Assembly: GCA_965216565.1 (NCBI GenBank)
Contig: OZ244170.1
Location: forward strand, 3,456,001 to 3,520,000
Direction of reading: 5' to 3'
Source of the DNA: Bythopirellula sp.
GTDB lineage: Bacteria; Planctomycetota; Planctomycetia; Pirellulales; Lacipirellulaceae
Length of the DNA stretch: 64,000 nt
Part shown: positions 50,755 to 60,825 of the stretch, piece by piece
Position numbering within the stretch: the stretch's first letter is position 1
Layout of the letters: the number at the start of each line of letters is the position of its first letter
Notes under the pieces: model-generated
Database searches by the model: none
Told to the model about the DNA's origin: nothing
Seen by the model: only the letters and a program-made list of their open reading frames with translations
Translations under genes and position numbers: made by a program

Positions 50755-51192
50755 TTAGGCTTCTTGAGCCCTAGGGCTACTCTTACGGCAAATACCTCGC
50801 AACACCGCCACTCCCAACAGGCAGCCTATGAAGTAAGCCGGGAAGTCCCACCAACTGAATGTGTTGCCGAATACAAGCCGCCCGAGCAGCGTGGCTCGCA
50901 AGGCTTCCAGCCAAGGTGGATGCCAAAGTTGAAGAAACTCCAAGAGGCAAGTTCCCAGGCAAACACCGATCGCAATTTGCCACACACACTCTACCCTTGG
51001 AACAATGAGAAACAGAAGCAGCATCCACAGCAAGACGTATGCCACGCTGGCGGGACCGAAGTTGTTGATCACTTCACTTCCCGCGCCTCGGTAATACTTG
51101 CAGCCTAGGCCGATCGCAATCACAAGCGGAACCAGACTACCGGCAATCATTCGTCGTTTTGCAATTTCAGATGTCATAGCTTCAGATGTCAT
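50755..51192 (-). CDS. DUF2809/YjgA-like membrane protein
   Basis: LEFLQL...LRATLLGRLVFG.TFSWWDF..Y. Confidence 0.75.
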   Translation of the reverse strand: MTSEAMTSEIAKRRMIAGSLVPLVIAIGLGCKYYRGAGSEVINNFGPASVAYVLLWMLLLFLIVPRVECVWQIAIGVCLGTCLLEFLQLWHPPWLEALRATLLGRLVFGNTFSWWDFPAYFIGCLLGVAVLRGICRKSSPRAQEA

Positions 51193-51369
51193 AACGCCTC
51201 TGTGTGAATTTGCACCCTCTCGTCGAGACTGCCATAGGATACTGCGGAAAGAACCGGAAACTCACCGGCCCTCCCCGTGTGCCTAAGGCGCCTAACAAAC
51301 CGCTCATTCATTATCCCTAACTTAAGATGCTATACTTTCCTCATCCCACTACCATGTGATGCATCAACT

Positions 51370-52449
51370 ATGACTCCGTTCCAACTATTATCTAAATCCG
51401 CTGGACTTCTGCTGCTTGCCACCGCTCTTGGTGTGGCTACGGCGCAAGCTGTGCTACCAATCGACGTGGAAGTCATCACCGAACCCGGCGTTCCTATCAC
51501 CGCGCCACAACAATGGGCGCAACTCTTAGGCACCATGGATTTGGGGCGCGTGCGTCTGCGTCCCGCTACCACCGGCGACGCCCCCGGCGTGACGCAAAAA
51601 GGGACCCGTTTCAAGATTGTCGCTGTACTCAACAGTCGAGGTGAATTGATAATCGATAAGAAGCGTTACCGCGCCAGAGATCGCAAAACGCTCGCCAACT
51701 TTTTCGAGTTACTGGCCAAGACCGAATCGTTTGGCGAAGAGCTTGGCCGATTCAATCTCACGCAAAATCAGTTTCGCCAAGTCCACAGCAATCTATCAAA
51801 GGTGTTAGGCCTTTCTACCCTAGGCAAACGACCTGCGGAACTCATCAATCAACTCCGCGACAAATTCTCGGTGCCGATCACTGAGAAACCCTCTGCCCGG
51901 GCTTTGTTGCGAGAGGCCCCGCTACTGCAAATCGAACTCGGTGAACTCTCAACCGGCACGGCGCTGGCCATGGCCCTACGCGAAGCGGGACTGATGCTGG
52001 TGCCCCAAAAGCCAGTTGGCAAGCCGCTACAGATTCGTATCGAACCAGAAGATCCCAAGTGGCAATCGTGGCCCGTCGGTTGGAAGCCGGAAGGAAGCCC
52101 GCGAGAACTGGCCCCGCAGCTGTTTGAGTTTCTCTCGGCGGAGATCGATGGCTATCCGCTAGAACAAGCGCTAGAAGCTCTCAAGCCCCGGATGGGCATG
52201 CTAGTTGTGTACGATGCGCGTACGCTCGCGCGTCGCGGCATCGATCCAACACAGATCCCCGTGAAACACCCCGCGGCTAGAACTTACCTCAAACGCGTCG
52301 TCGACCGCCTCTTGAGCCAGGCCCGCCTGGCAGGTGAGCTACGGGTCGATGAGCGAGGTCAGTTGTTCTATTGGATCACTCAATTCGGAAAAGACAGCCC
52401 CCGCGCGGAGCAAACCGCAGAGCAGAAGGCGAAACAGACAGAGCAATGA
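51370..52449 (+). CDS. Secreted hypothetical protein
   Basis: Signal peptide (AQA); TGCTATACT extended -10 at 51328-51336. Confidence 0.75.
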   Translation: MTPFQLLSKSAGLLLLATALGVATAQAVLPIDVEVITEPGVPITAPQQWAQLLGTMDLGRVRLRPATTGDAPGVTQKGTRFKIVAVLNSRGELIIDKKRYRARDRKTLANFFELLAKTESFGEELGRFNLTQNQFRQVHSNLSKVLGLSTLGKRPAELINQLRDKFSVPITEKPSARALLREAPLLQIELGELSTGTALAMALREAGLMLVPQKPVGKPLQIRIEPEDPKWQSWPVGWKPEGSPRELAPQLFEFLSAEIDGYPLEQALEALKPRMGMLVVYDARTLARRGIDPTQIPVKHPAARTYLKRVVDRLLSQARLAGELRVDERGQLFYWITQFGKDSPRAEQTAEQKAKQTEQ

Positions 52450-52478
52450 TTCTTAACTAATTATCAGGTAAGTACTCC

Positions 52479-53270
52479 ATGAAAAGCTGCCCCCTGATCC
52501 CCAGCCAATGGGAACTCCCACAGGTCCTTCGCGTCCGGTTGGGCAGTGGTCCCGGTCGTCAAAGGGCCATGCTGCACGACGGGCATCTGCTGTTGGTGCT
52601 ACACGATGTCCCACGACGGCGCACCTACATTCGCGACGCTCAGTTGTTTTGGCGGAACCCCGAGGGGAAGTGGCGTTCCACACTAGCTGTGGGAGGTGAA
52701 GTGGCGGTCGATGAGCACTTGAAATCGTTTGCCGGTACAATCGACCGACTTGCTGAATCGTTTGATGATGCCGACGAAAGCGAAGAGTTTTTTGAAATTC
52801 TGCGATCACTCGGTCCCCTACGTCGTACGATTCGCAATCTACAGGCAGCGTTACAGAATGCCCGCGAAATACTAAGCGACGATCTCACCATCATCGACTG
52901 GCGCGATAAGGCCTACGAGTTGGTCCGTCGTGCCGAGCTTCTCTACAGCGACGTCCACACAGCCTTGGAATTTGAGACGGCCCATCAAGCGAAGATTCAG
53001 GCTGAAGCCAGCCGACAACGAGCCGTGGCGGCACACCGATTGAACGTGCTCGTGGCTTTCTTCTTCCCCATCGCCACCCTCTCTTCAATTCTCAGCATGA
53101 ACTTGCACCACGGATTGGAAGAATGGGAAACACCCCGCGCCCCGTGGGTGTTGCTTGCCGTGCTGGTAATCAGCGTCCTGTTGGGCGCTCTTTTATCGCG
53201 GCTCATCACCCGTCCGGCTAGGGCACCCCATCGCGATGCGAAGCAAGGTAAAGACGGGTTCGCTGAATAG
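52479..53270 (+). CDS. CorA-like membrane protein (divergent)
   Basis: Helical cytoplasmic region plus two C-terminal TMs with FFP.ATLSSILSMN. Confidence 0.6.
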   Translation: MKSCPLIPSQWELPQVLRVRLGSGPGRQRAMLHDGHLLLVLHDVPRRRTYIRDAQLFWRNPEGKWRSTLAVGGEVAVDEHLKSFAGTIDRLAESFDDADESEEFFEILRSLGPLRRTIRNLQAALQNAREILSDDLTIIDWRDKAYELVRRAELLYSDVHTALEFETAHQAKIQAEASRQRAVAAHRLNVLVAFFFPIATLSSILSMNLHHGLEEWETPRAPWVLLAVLVISVLLGALLSRLITRPARAPHRDAKQGKDGFAE

Positions 53271-53294
53271 CCGAAGAGTTTGCGGCCAGGAAAA

Positions 53295-55124
53295 CTACAG
53301 CAACTCTTCCAACTCATCAACTAGCGTCTCAAACCGAGCGAGCGCTGTGTTCACCGGCCCAGGTTTCGACATATCGACGCCCGCGTCCCGTAGGAGATCG
53401 AGCGGATACTTGGAACAGCCGCCTTTGAGAAACGAAAGATACGCGTCGAGTTCCGCCTGTCCGCCGCCCAAAACGCGTTCGCTCAATGCAATCGCAGCCG
53501 ACAGCCCGGTAGCGTACTTGTACACATAAAACGCACGATAAAAATGCGGAATCCGCAGGCACTCCAGTTTTAGCTGCTCGTCGATCACAAAATCGGGGCC
53601 GAAATAGGCCTCCAACAACTTGCCATATTCGTGCTTCAGGCAATCGATCGTCAACGGCTCACCCGCCTCGGCAAGCGCATGAATGATCTTTTCAAATTCC
53701 GCAAACATCGTCTGCCGAATGATCGTGCCGCGGATGGCATCGATATCTCGGTTCACTAGGTAGGCCCGCTCCGCATCGCTCGAGGCCTGATCCATGAGGT
53801 GCCGACTTAGCAGTTGCTCGTTGAATGTGCTGGCCACCTCGGCGACGAAAATCACATAGTTGTAGTAGACAAATGGTTGATGCTTGGCCGAGTAGTAGCT
53901 GTGCATCGAGTGCCCAGCCTCGTGTGTTAAGGTAAACACATGATCGAGAACCGTAGGCTGGTAGTTCATCATGATATACGGCGCGCCGTCGAACGTCCCG
54001 CAACTAAACGCCCCACTCTGTTTGCCTCGATTGGGATATCGATCGCACCATCGTTCGTCCGTAAGACCGCCACGCAAGACGTTGCAGTATTCCTCCCCCA
54101 GGGGCTCTAGCGACTTGAGAACCGCGTCCACCGCCTGCTTCCAGGTGCGGCGTTGGTCCAGGTCACTGAGAATTGGCACGTACGTATCGTAGTGGTGGAT
54201 TTTCTTCAGCCGCATCTTGCGACGTCGCAAATCTAAGTAACGCTGTACGACATCGCTCCGCTTGCGCACTGCCGAGATTAGGTTGTCGTAGACTTTCAGC
54301 GGTACGTTATCGGAGAACAGAGCCGCTTCGATAGCGCTGGGATATCCACGTGCCTCGGCATAGTAAACGTCGCCTTGCACCGAACCGTTGAGCGTTGCCG
54401 CCAAGGCGTTTTCGTGACCTGAGTAGACGTCGTAGTACTGGTGAAACGCAGTCTTGCGTACTTCACGTTTTGGAGAGTGCAGACAAGCCGAGAACGACGA
54501 GTGCGAAAGTTCAATTTCTTCGCCTTTCTCGTTCTTGACCATGCCAAACTTGAAGTCGGCATCGGTCAACTGTCTGAACGCATGCCCCGCCGCATCCGCC
54601 ATCTTGCTTTGCATGGCAAGCAGACGTTCTTCGCTATCGGAAAGCGTGTGCGGCTTGTATCGCACCAATCGCTGGAGCATCACCCGGTAGGGTGCAAGTG
54701 CCTTAGACTTGAGGAGCTTGTCGAACTTTCGAGTCGGGATCGCCAAGAGCTCGGGGCGAATGAAGCTGGCAGCTTGCCCGGCGGCACTTGCGGCGTGCTG
54801 AAACCGACCCACCATGCGCTGATACTTGCTTTCGGCGGTATCTTCGGTCGACTTGAGAAACGCGTAGGTCCCCAACCGCTCGGCCTGTCTGTCGACTTCC
54901 GCATCAAACTTCAAACAGGCAGCCAATTTCTCGGCACTCTCGGCCAATGTACCTGCGTACTTAGCGTAACGCTTGCTCTTTTTTTCCCACTTGGCAAAAT
55001 CCGTTTCCCAAGCTTTGTCGTTGGCGTAGAGCGTGCCCAAGTCCCAGGTGTCGGCGGGCTTCACTTTGTTGCGCGAGGGAAGCGTCTTCGCTTTCGCCCG
55101 CGACTTTTTTTTGGTGGCAGTCAT
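53295..55124 (-). CDS. pepF: Oligoendopeptidase F (M3B)
   Basis: TWDL, GKQSGAFS, HEAGHSMH, FVAEVASTFNE, RIPHFY. Confidence 0.95.
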   Translation of the reverse strand: MTATKKKSRAKAKTLPSRNKVKPADTWDLGTLYANDKAWETDFAKWEKKSKRYAKYAGTLAESAEKLAACLKFDAEVDRQAERLGTYAFLKSTEDTAESKYQRMVGRFQHAASAAGQAASFIRPELLAIPTRKFDKLLKSKALAPYRVMLQRLVRYKPHTLSDSEERLLAMQSKMADAAGHAFRQLTDADFKFGMVKNEKGEEIELSHSSFSACLHSPKREVRKTAFHQYYDVYSGHENALAATLNGSVQGDVYYAEARGYPSAIEAALFSDNVPLKVYDNLISAVRKRSDVVQRYLDLRRRKMRLKKIHHYDTYVPILSDLDQRRTWKQAVDAVLKSLEPLGEEYCNVLRGGLTDERWCDRYPNRGKQSGAFSCGTFDGAPYIMMNYQPTVLDHVFTLTHEAGHSMHSYYSAKHQPFVYYNYVIFVAEVASTFNEQLLSRHLMDQASSDAERAYLVNRDIDAIRGTIIRQTMFAEFEKIIHALAEAGEPLTIDCLKHEYGKLLEAYFGPDFVIDEQLKLECLRIPHFYRAFYVYKYATGLSAAIALSERVLGGGQAELDAYLSFLKGGCSKYPLDLLRDAGVDMSKPGPVNTALARFETLVDELEELL

Positions 55125-55141
55125 TGCTTCTCTGAAGGCCC

Positions 55142-56161
55142 TTACCAGCGGAATACCATCGAGCCCCAGGTCAATCCGCTGCCAAAACCTGCGAGCAGCA
55201 AATTCTGCCCCGACTTGATCTGCCCGGCACGCACCGTTTCGTCCAAAGCAATCGGAATGCTCGCTCCCGAGGTATTGCCATAGCGCTGCAGATGCATGAC
55301 AACGCGCTCGCGCTCGATTTCAAGCGACTCTACAGCAGCGTCGAGTATCCTCACGTTCGCCTGATGCAGGATCCACCAATCGATCTCACTCAGTGATAGA
55401 TTTGCCTGCGACACCATCTCGCGTGATGAGTCTTCGATCCAGCGAACTGCCCACTTGAAAATGGGGCGTCCTTCCATTTGCATAAAATGTTGTTGATCGG
55501 CACCTATCTGCGGATCAAAAGGTTGGCTCACGCCGCCGGCGGGTCGACACAATAAATCCGCCCCACTGCCATCGGCTCCGATGGTGTAGCTCAGCGCACC
55601 TTGCTCGCCACTTCCCGGGGCCAGCACCACTGCGCCGGCTCCGTCGCCGAACAGGGGATATGTCTTCTTATCGTTGGGATCACTCACGCGTGAGTTCGTA
55701 TCCGCGCCAATCACCAAGGCCCGCTTGCTACAACCCGTGGCGACAAACTGCATGCCGGTCACCAGTCCGTACACAAAACCCGAACAAGCCGCCGCCAAGT
55801 CCATCGCCCCGCAACGCAAACCGAGTTGGTTTTGCACCATCGTCGCCGTGGCTGGCATCAGTCGATTGGGCGTAAATGTGGCTAGCAGGAGCAAGTCGAT
55901 ATCTTCAGGACCCACATTGGCCGCATCCATCGCACGCTTGGCGGCTTCAATGGCCATCTCGCCGGTACCCATACCAGGGGGCGCATGTCGCCGTTCCTTG
56001 ATGCCCGTCCGCTGTACGATCCAATCCGCATCACAACCGAGCGAAATCAAGTCTTCGTTCGTCACCACATTGTCGGGCACAAAACTACCGGTGCCTACAA
56101 TCTGCACGCCCGTCAACTGACGGATTGGCGACGCGGCGGCGGTGTCTTCGGGAACGCTCAT
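55142..56161 (-). CDS. fabH: 3-oxoacyl-ACP synthase III
   Basis: RTGIKERR, AACSGF, FGDGAGA, HQAN, YGNTS, GFGSGLTWG. Confidence 0.93.
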   Translation of the reverse strand: MSVPEDTAAASPIRQLTGVQIVGTGSFVPDNVVTNEDLISLGCDADWIVQRTGIKERRHAPPGMGTGEMAIEAAKRAMDAANVGPEDIDLLLLATFTPNRLMPATATMVQNQLGLRCGAMDLAAACSGFVYGLVTGMQFVATGCSKRALVIGADTNSRVSDPNDKKTYPLFGDGAGAVVLAPGSGEQGALSYTIGADGSGADLLCRPAGGVSQPFDPQIGADQQHFMQMEGRPIFKWAVRWIEDSSREMVSQANLSLSEIDWWILHQANVRILDAAVESLEIERERVVMHLQRYGNTSGASIPIALDETVRAGQIKSGQNLLLAGFGSGLTWGSMVFRW

Positions 56162-56288
56162 CTCAGGTAGGTGCTCAGCGGAGAATAGTGGCTGGCGGTC
56201 GTTGCCAGACGGTGTTGGGTGTCTTTGCGACTAGATATGGTTAACCAGAAGATTAAGCCTTCTACTGGGCTACCGCAAGCCCGCTGCC

Positions 56289-56978
56289 TCAGGCAGACTT
56301 GCGTCGCTGCACGCGCCGCACCTGACGATACAGCAAAGCGTTGCCCTCTTTGCCAACCAATTCAATCGCCCCAGTTTCTCTCAGGCAGTAGGCAATTCGC
56401 TGCGCCACCCAGCGCTGAACCTGGAGTCCTTTCGCAATATGTCCGGTGTGAAATTTGTTGGGCAAATTCCCAGGCAACATTTTCCTTAGATCGGCGAGTG
56501 TGCGAAATCGATGGACCTTGCCGACGTCGACCAGTCGCTGGTCTTCAATTTGGAAGTCTTTCTTACGGCGACGACGGCGCCGGCCGTGCCCTGGATAGCG
56601 AAGCTCCTCGACTTCCACGAGCGCTACTTCTAAGGTTAACCTTTTATGCGGAAACACACGAGTGAAATACACCAACTCGTCAAATAGATCGAGTAGTTGT
56701 CCTCGCTTGGGGCTTAAGCGTCGCTCAATAATATCGCCACCGCGGCGATCCATCTTTAGCAATTGTTTGCGTGTCACGATCGGTTTGACGACCTTCACGC
56801 GATGCTTTTTTAGAAGCTTGGCAATCTTATCTCGAATCGCCGCCAGTGAGCCATGTTGGATCTCAATCAATTGGCCCCGACGCACGGCATCGATGCGATA
56901 ACCCTCGCAAGCGACTTCGAGCGCACCGCTCTTGGCTGCGTAATGTTCCTTGAGTTGGCGATGTAAGGATGTTTCCAT
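56289..56978 (-). CDS. Hypothetical PD-(D/E)xK-like nuclease-fold protein with C-terminal winged helix
   Basis: E.SLH..LK, RID...LIEIQ pattern; very basic. Confidence 0.6.
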   Translation of the reverse strand: METSLHRQLKEHYAAKSGALEVACEGYRIDAVRRGQLIEIQHGSLAAIRDKIAKLLKKHRVKVVKPIVTRKQLLKMDRRGGDIIERRLSPKRGQLLDLFDELVYFTRVFPHKRLTLEVALVEVEELRYPGHGRRRRRRKKDFQIEDQRLVDVGKVHRFRTLADLRKMLPGNLPNKFHTGHIAKGLQVQRWVAQRIAYCLRETGAIELVGKEGNALLYRQVRRVQRRKSA

Positions 56979-56981
56979 ATT

Positions 56982-57527
56982 TTATGGTTCGATGCCAAAA
57001 TCGGCCACTGTCAGAAGTGTTGTCAGTTCGTATCCGCGTTCGGCAAACGCTTCTTTGCCCCCTTCGAGTCGATCGACAATGGCCAGCACGCGTTCTACTT
57101 TCAGTCCCACCGCTTCGCACCGCTCGATCGCCTTCAGCGACGAGCCGCCGGTGGTCACGACGTCTTCTACAATTACCAGCCGTTGTCCCTCTTCAAAGGG
57201 ACCCTCGACAAACTTACCCGTGCCGTGGGACTTTGATTCCTTGCGGACAATAATTCCTTTGAGCGGTATTTCTTTGACGCCAGCGAGAGTCAGGATTGCA
57301 GCGGTAATTGGGTCAGCACCAATGGCCATGCCACCAACCAGGTCGGGCATGTTGTCGTCCAAAAGTTCCAGCATCCCTGCCCCAATCAGCCGAGCGCCCC
57401 GCGAGTCGAGCGTTACCTTCCGACAATCGAGGTAATAACTCGCCTGTTTGCCCGAGGCCAAAGTAAAGTCGCCGAACTGCAGAGCCTGCTCCCGAATCAG
57501 ATCAATGAGTTGTTGTCGGTCGTACAT
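56982..57527 (-). CDS. pyrE: Orotate phosphoribosyltransferase
   Basis: FTLASGK, YYLDCR, RKESKSHG, VEDVVTTGGS. Confidence 0.96.
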   Translation of the reverse strand: MYDRQQLIDLIREQALQFGDFTLASGKQASYYLDCRKVTLDSRGARLIGAGMLELLDDNMPDLVGGMAIGADPITAAILTLAGVKEIPLKGIIVRKESKSHGTGKFVEGPFEEGQRLVIVEDVVTTGGSSLKAIERCEAVGLKVERVLAIVDRLEGGKEAFAERGYELTTLLTVADFGIEP

Positions 57528-57694
57528 AGATAGGGCTCCCCGAAGAATTGGCGAATTTGTTTCCAGCTCGGGGTATACCATGATTCATTGACCGTTTGTA
57601 GGCCGTGCGGCGCATGTAGCCAAACGGAAGTAGCCGAGTTCCGACGGATCGCCGGTGCCACTCAATTACTGCTCAGACTTCATCGTCAGTACGA

Positions 57695-58966
57695 CTACCT
57701 ACGAATGGTTACACGAGAACCAATTGTGAGAATGTCATACACGTCGTCCACGTCGGAATTCTTCATGCGAATGACTCGTCCCGTCGGATCCGTAGTCGTG
57801 GGGCCAGTGGCACCACTACCCCGAATCAAGACAATCTGGCTGGAATCGCCCGATGCACTATTGAGCATAATGCTCTTATTCTTGTCACCGGCCGAGGGGT
57901 TGGAGAGCGACGCGTCGCCCGGCGTTAACATTTTTTGATTGACAGTCCAGTGACCTTGTTCGACAGATGTCGTCGGCTCGACCTCCAGAGGAAACTCGCC
58001 CGCGTAACGTCGATCGAGCATCAGGGTCATCCGCCGCTGTCCCAAATCGATCTTCGCCTCGAAGGGGCCGCGCATTACTTTGAGTTCCTGTCCCGGCTGC
58101 AGACTGTCGGGATCGCTCAAACCATTGATCTTTGCCAATAGTGGCCAAGGGACGTCGTACTTTTGTGCGATGCCACGCAGATTCTCGCCAGCTTGAACCA
58201 AGTACGGCGGCTCGAGTCGATGTTCGCGCGAGTAGATCACGCTGCCTGCCAGCTGGCTCAACAAGGTATTCACTTCCTTCGTCTCTTCCGGCGATAGCGA
58301 AGGGTCGCCGTACCAATCGCTTAAGAGGAGCAATCCTTGCGAAAGCTCACCTCGGTCGAGTGCCGCTTGAACCGTCAATCGAGTTGATGCGAACAGCGAA
58401 GGTGGCTCAGGAGTCGACGAACCAAAAGACTCTAACGGCGGAGCGGACGAAGTTGGTGTCGTTTCGTCAGTGGATTTTGCCATTGAGTCGGGTTGCGGTG
58501 GATTGATCCCCGCGCCAGGATTCGAGGTGGCAGCATTCAGATCTGAATCTGCCTTGGGTTCTGGAAACGCAGGGAGTGGCGGCAAATCTGGGACTTCCAG
58601 CTTTTGCTCACTAGGAATTTCGGGTGCCGCGCCAAACTGTGGCGCCTCGGCAGCAAATGGAGGAGCCGCTCCGGTAGCCGGCGCTTGTGGTGAACTCGGC
58701 GCCCCAGGAGCAGCTTCGAACTTCGGGGGTGCCGCATCGAAGGTGGGCGCGGACTGGAAACTTTGCGGCACCGACGCCGGTCCTGTAGCCGCACCCATTC
58801 CGGGCGCTGCAGGTGAGGATCCAATCTCCAACCCACCCCCTGCCGGCATCGACCAATCGGCAATGTCTTCAGGTAGTTCGGGTTCTTTCTCGTTGATCTT
58901 GTGCCAGAGAAAAACACCAGCGATCGTCAACAAGGTAATCGTGACTAAGGGACGGATGGAACTCAC
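57695..58966 (-). CDS. Membrane-anchored LysM + YkuD (L,D-transpeptidase)-like protein
   Basis: GTG start with GGGGAG SD; TM; Pro/Ala linker; LysM YLVQAGENL..IA.KY...LQPGQELKV; C-terminal IRMKN.DV..VYD.L..GSRVTI. Confidence 0.8.
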   Translation of the reverse strand: MSSIRPLVTITLLTIAGVFLWHKINEKEPELPEDIADWSMPAGGGLEIGSSPAAPGMGAATGPASVPQSFQSAPTFDAAPPKFEAAPGAPSSPQAPATGAAPPFAAEAPQFGAAPEIPSEQKLEVPDLPPLPAFPEPKADSDLNAATSNPGAGINPPQPDSMAKSTDETTPTSSAPPLESFGSSTPEPPSLFASTRLTVQAALDRGELSQGLLLLSDWYGDPSLSPEETKEVNTLLSQLAGSVIYSREHRLEPPYLVQAGENLRGIAQKYDVPWPLLAKINGLSDPDSLQPGQELKVMRGPFEAKIDLGQRRMTLMLDRRYAGEFPLEVEPTTSVEQGHWTVNQKMLTPGDASLSNPSAGDKNKSIMLNSASGDSSQIVLIRGSGATGPTTTDPTGRVIRMKNSDVDDVYDILTIGSRVTIRR

Positions 58967-59195
58967 AACTATTTCTCCCCGGCAAACTGGAACCGACTTA
59001 CGAGAAAGACAACAAAGTTTCTCTATTCCAATAGAGCGCAGCACCGGCTGCAGCGGCGGGAATCATAGGTAAAGCAGAAAAGTGGGGCTACATCATTTTG
59101 CCAGGGTGTTTTCTGCTCTCGGAGAAGATGCTAGCAATCATTGAAACTGCACTATTTTGCAAAATCGCAATGATCAACTTGCCGCGGATCGGTCG

Positions 59196-59660
59196 CTAAA
59201 GAGCGAACTCCCAAAGACCTGTACTCTCGCCAATGGTCAGCGTGGCGACTGCCGCCGCACACAAACATGCAAGCATGGCGGCTGCAAGTACCATGGCTAG
59301 CGCTATCGTCTTGAAGGCTCCCAAGCCTCGCGTCTGAAATAAATAGATCAGTAGCGCAACAATAAACACCAGCACTAAACTAATCTGCATGACGCGTCCG
59401 ATTTGGTGACCCCGCTCAGCAGCATCCGCAAGGCACCACATGATTCCCAGCACCAGTAGAGGCAGACTTAAGAAGAAGTCCCGTGGCGAATTCTCCTCTG
59501 GAAGAAAGCAGGCAATGACCCCAAGCACTGCCGAGTAGGCGAGCAGCCCTAGTACAATATGGCGTTTTCTCGCAGCGTAGTCGTTCGATGAGTCGGACGC
59601 GAACCCCTCCGCCGAATCGAATTCTTCAACGTGCTCGGTCTCTTCTAGTTGATCATTCAT
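59196..59660 (-). CDS. Hypothetical 4-TM membrane protein
   Basis: Acidic N-terminus and four hydrophobic helices. Confidence 0.7.
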   Translation of the reverse strand: MNDQLEETEHVEEFDSAEGFASDSSNDYAARKRHIVLGLLAYSAVLGVIACFLPEENSPRDFFLSLPLLVLGIMWCLADAAERGHQIGRVMQISLVLVFIVALLIYLFQTRGLGAFKTIALAMVLAAAMLACLCAAAVATLTIGESTGLWEFAL

Positions 59661-59793
59661 AAAATGGGTCCTTGAACTTACAAGGCGGAAAGACTGGCAT
59701 CACCAATCATACACCCAACCTGCCCCAAGGATATTCACCAACTCTGATTAGGAAGCAGCAAAAATGGCCGCGCTCTGGCAGATCGCCGGTGCT

Positions 59794-60459
59794 CTACCCC
59801 ACCGGTTCCACCACGCCCCCCTCAGGCAATATCTCCCGCAACGGGCACTCTTGGCACTTGGGTTGCCGTCGACAATAGTGATGCCCTACGTGCACCAGCA
59901 GTGCGTGCAGTTCGTTGTAGGTCGAAACATCTTCGGGCAGTTCACTCGCCAAATGCTCCTGCAGTTGATGATAGTCGGCCCCGTAGTCAATCCACCCGTG
60001 GCGGGCGAAGATCCGGAGCGTGTAGGTATCGACCACCAGCGCCGGTTGTTCGAGCGCATAGAGGAGTATCGAGTCGGCAGTCTCCGGTCCAACACCGTTG
60101 ACGGTAAGCAACTCGGCTCGCATGCGTTGCATTTCGACGTTCTTCATGACCTCCAACGAACTGTCGTACTCGTCCACTACAAACCGCATGAGATTTTGCA
60201 GCCGCTTGGCTTTCAACCGATAGTATCCCGCCGGCTTGATGAGTTCGGAGAGTTCCGCTTGATTGATCTCGACCAGTCGCTGCGGAAGGATCAAATCGGC
60301 CTCGCGCAAGTTTTCAATCGCCCGCTCGACGTTTTTCCAAGCCGTGTTCTGCACTAGCACGGCCCCGATCATCACCTCCCACGGAGAATCGGCGGGCCAC
60401 CACTGCTGCGGACCGAGTGAATCGAATAGCTTTCGATAGAGTTGAAGAGTGTTGGGCAT
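59794..60459 (-). CDS. HhH-GPD endonuclease III-related protein
   Basis: WWPA, GAVLVQNT, GVGPETADSILLYA, VVDTY, C-terminal Cys cluster. Confidence 0.88.
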   Translation of the reverse strand: MPNTLQLYRKLFDSLGPQQWWPADSPWEVMIGAVLVQNTAWKNVERAIENLREADLILPQRLVEINQAELSELIKPAGYYRLKAKRLQNLMRFVVDEYDSSLEVMKNVEMQRMRAELLTVNGVGPETADSILLYALEQPALVVDTYTLRIFARHGWIDYGADYHQLQEHLASELPEDVSTYNELHALLVHVGHHYCRRQPKCQECPLREILPEGGVVEPVG

Positions 60460-60825
60460 ACTCGGCGGTTCTGGAATGCAATGGAATGCAAGCGTAGCGT
60501 CTCCTCAATATCCCAAAGTGTGACGCAGGTTCTAGCCAGTTCCCTGGGTAAAAGCAAAACGCATCGGCCTAGGTCCAAGAAGCATACCCAGCTATACCCG
60601 ATGAAACCTATATTTATTGTGCATATTGAACTCTCTCAGTTCTATTACGTTTGACTTCTCAGGCGTAAGTTGTTTTGCAATATCTTTTCAACTTTCAAAA
60701 TCTGCACCGATTCGTCAACAAATTGCAAGTAAGTGTGGCCATTGCTAGAATTCCTTGCCTATTCACTGAACTTTTCTTGGCACGCTCACTAGTGATGCCT
60801 GCAAATTCTGCTTGGAGAGGCAACC

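Noticed and set aside
51166..51193. TTCAGATGTCATA duplication
   Set aside because: A short tandem duplication at a gene start (MTSEA-MTSEI) with no sign of function.
58430..58860. Low-complexity repeat region
   Set aside because: Encodes the Pro/Ala-rich linker of the LysM protein; not a DNA-level element.
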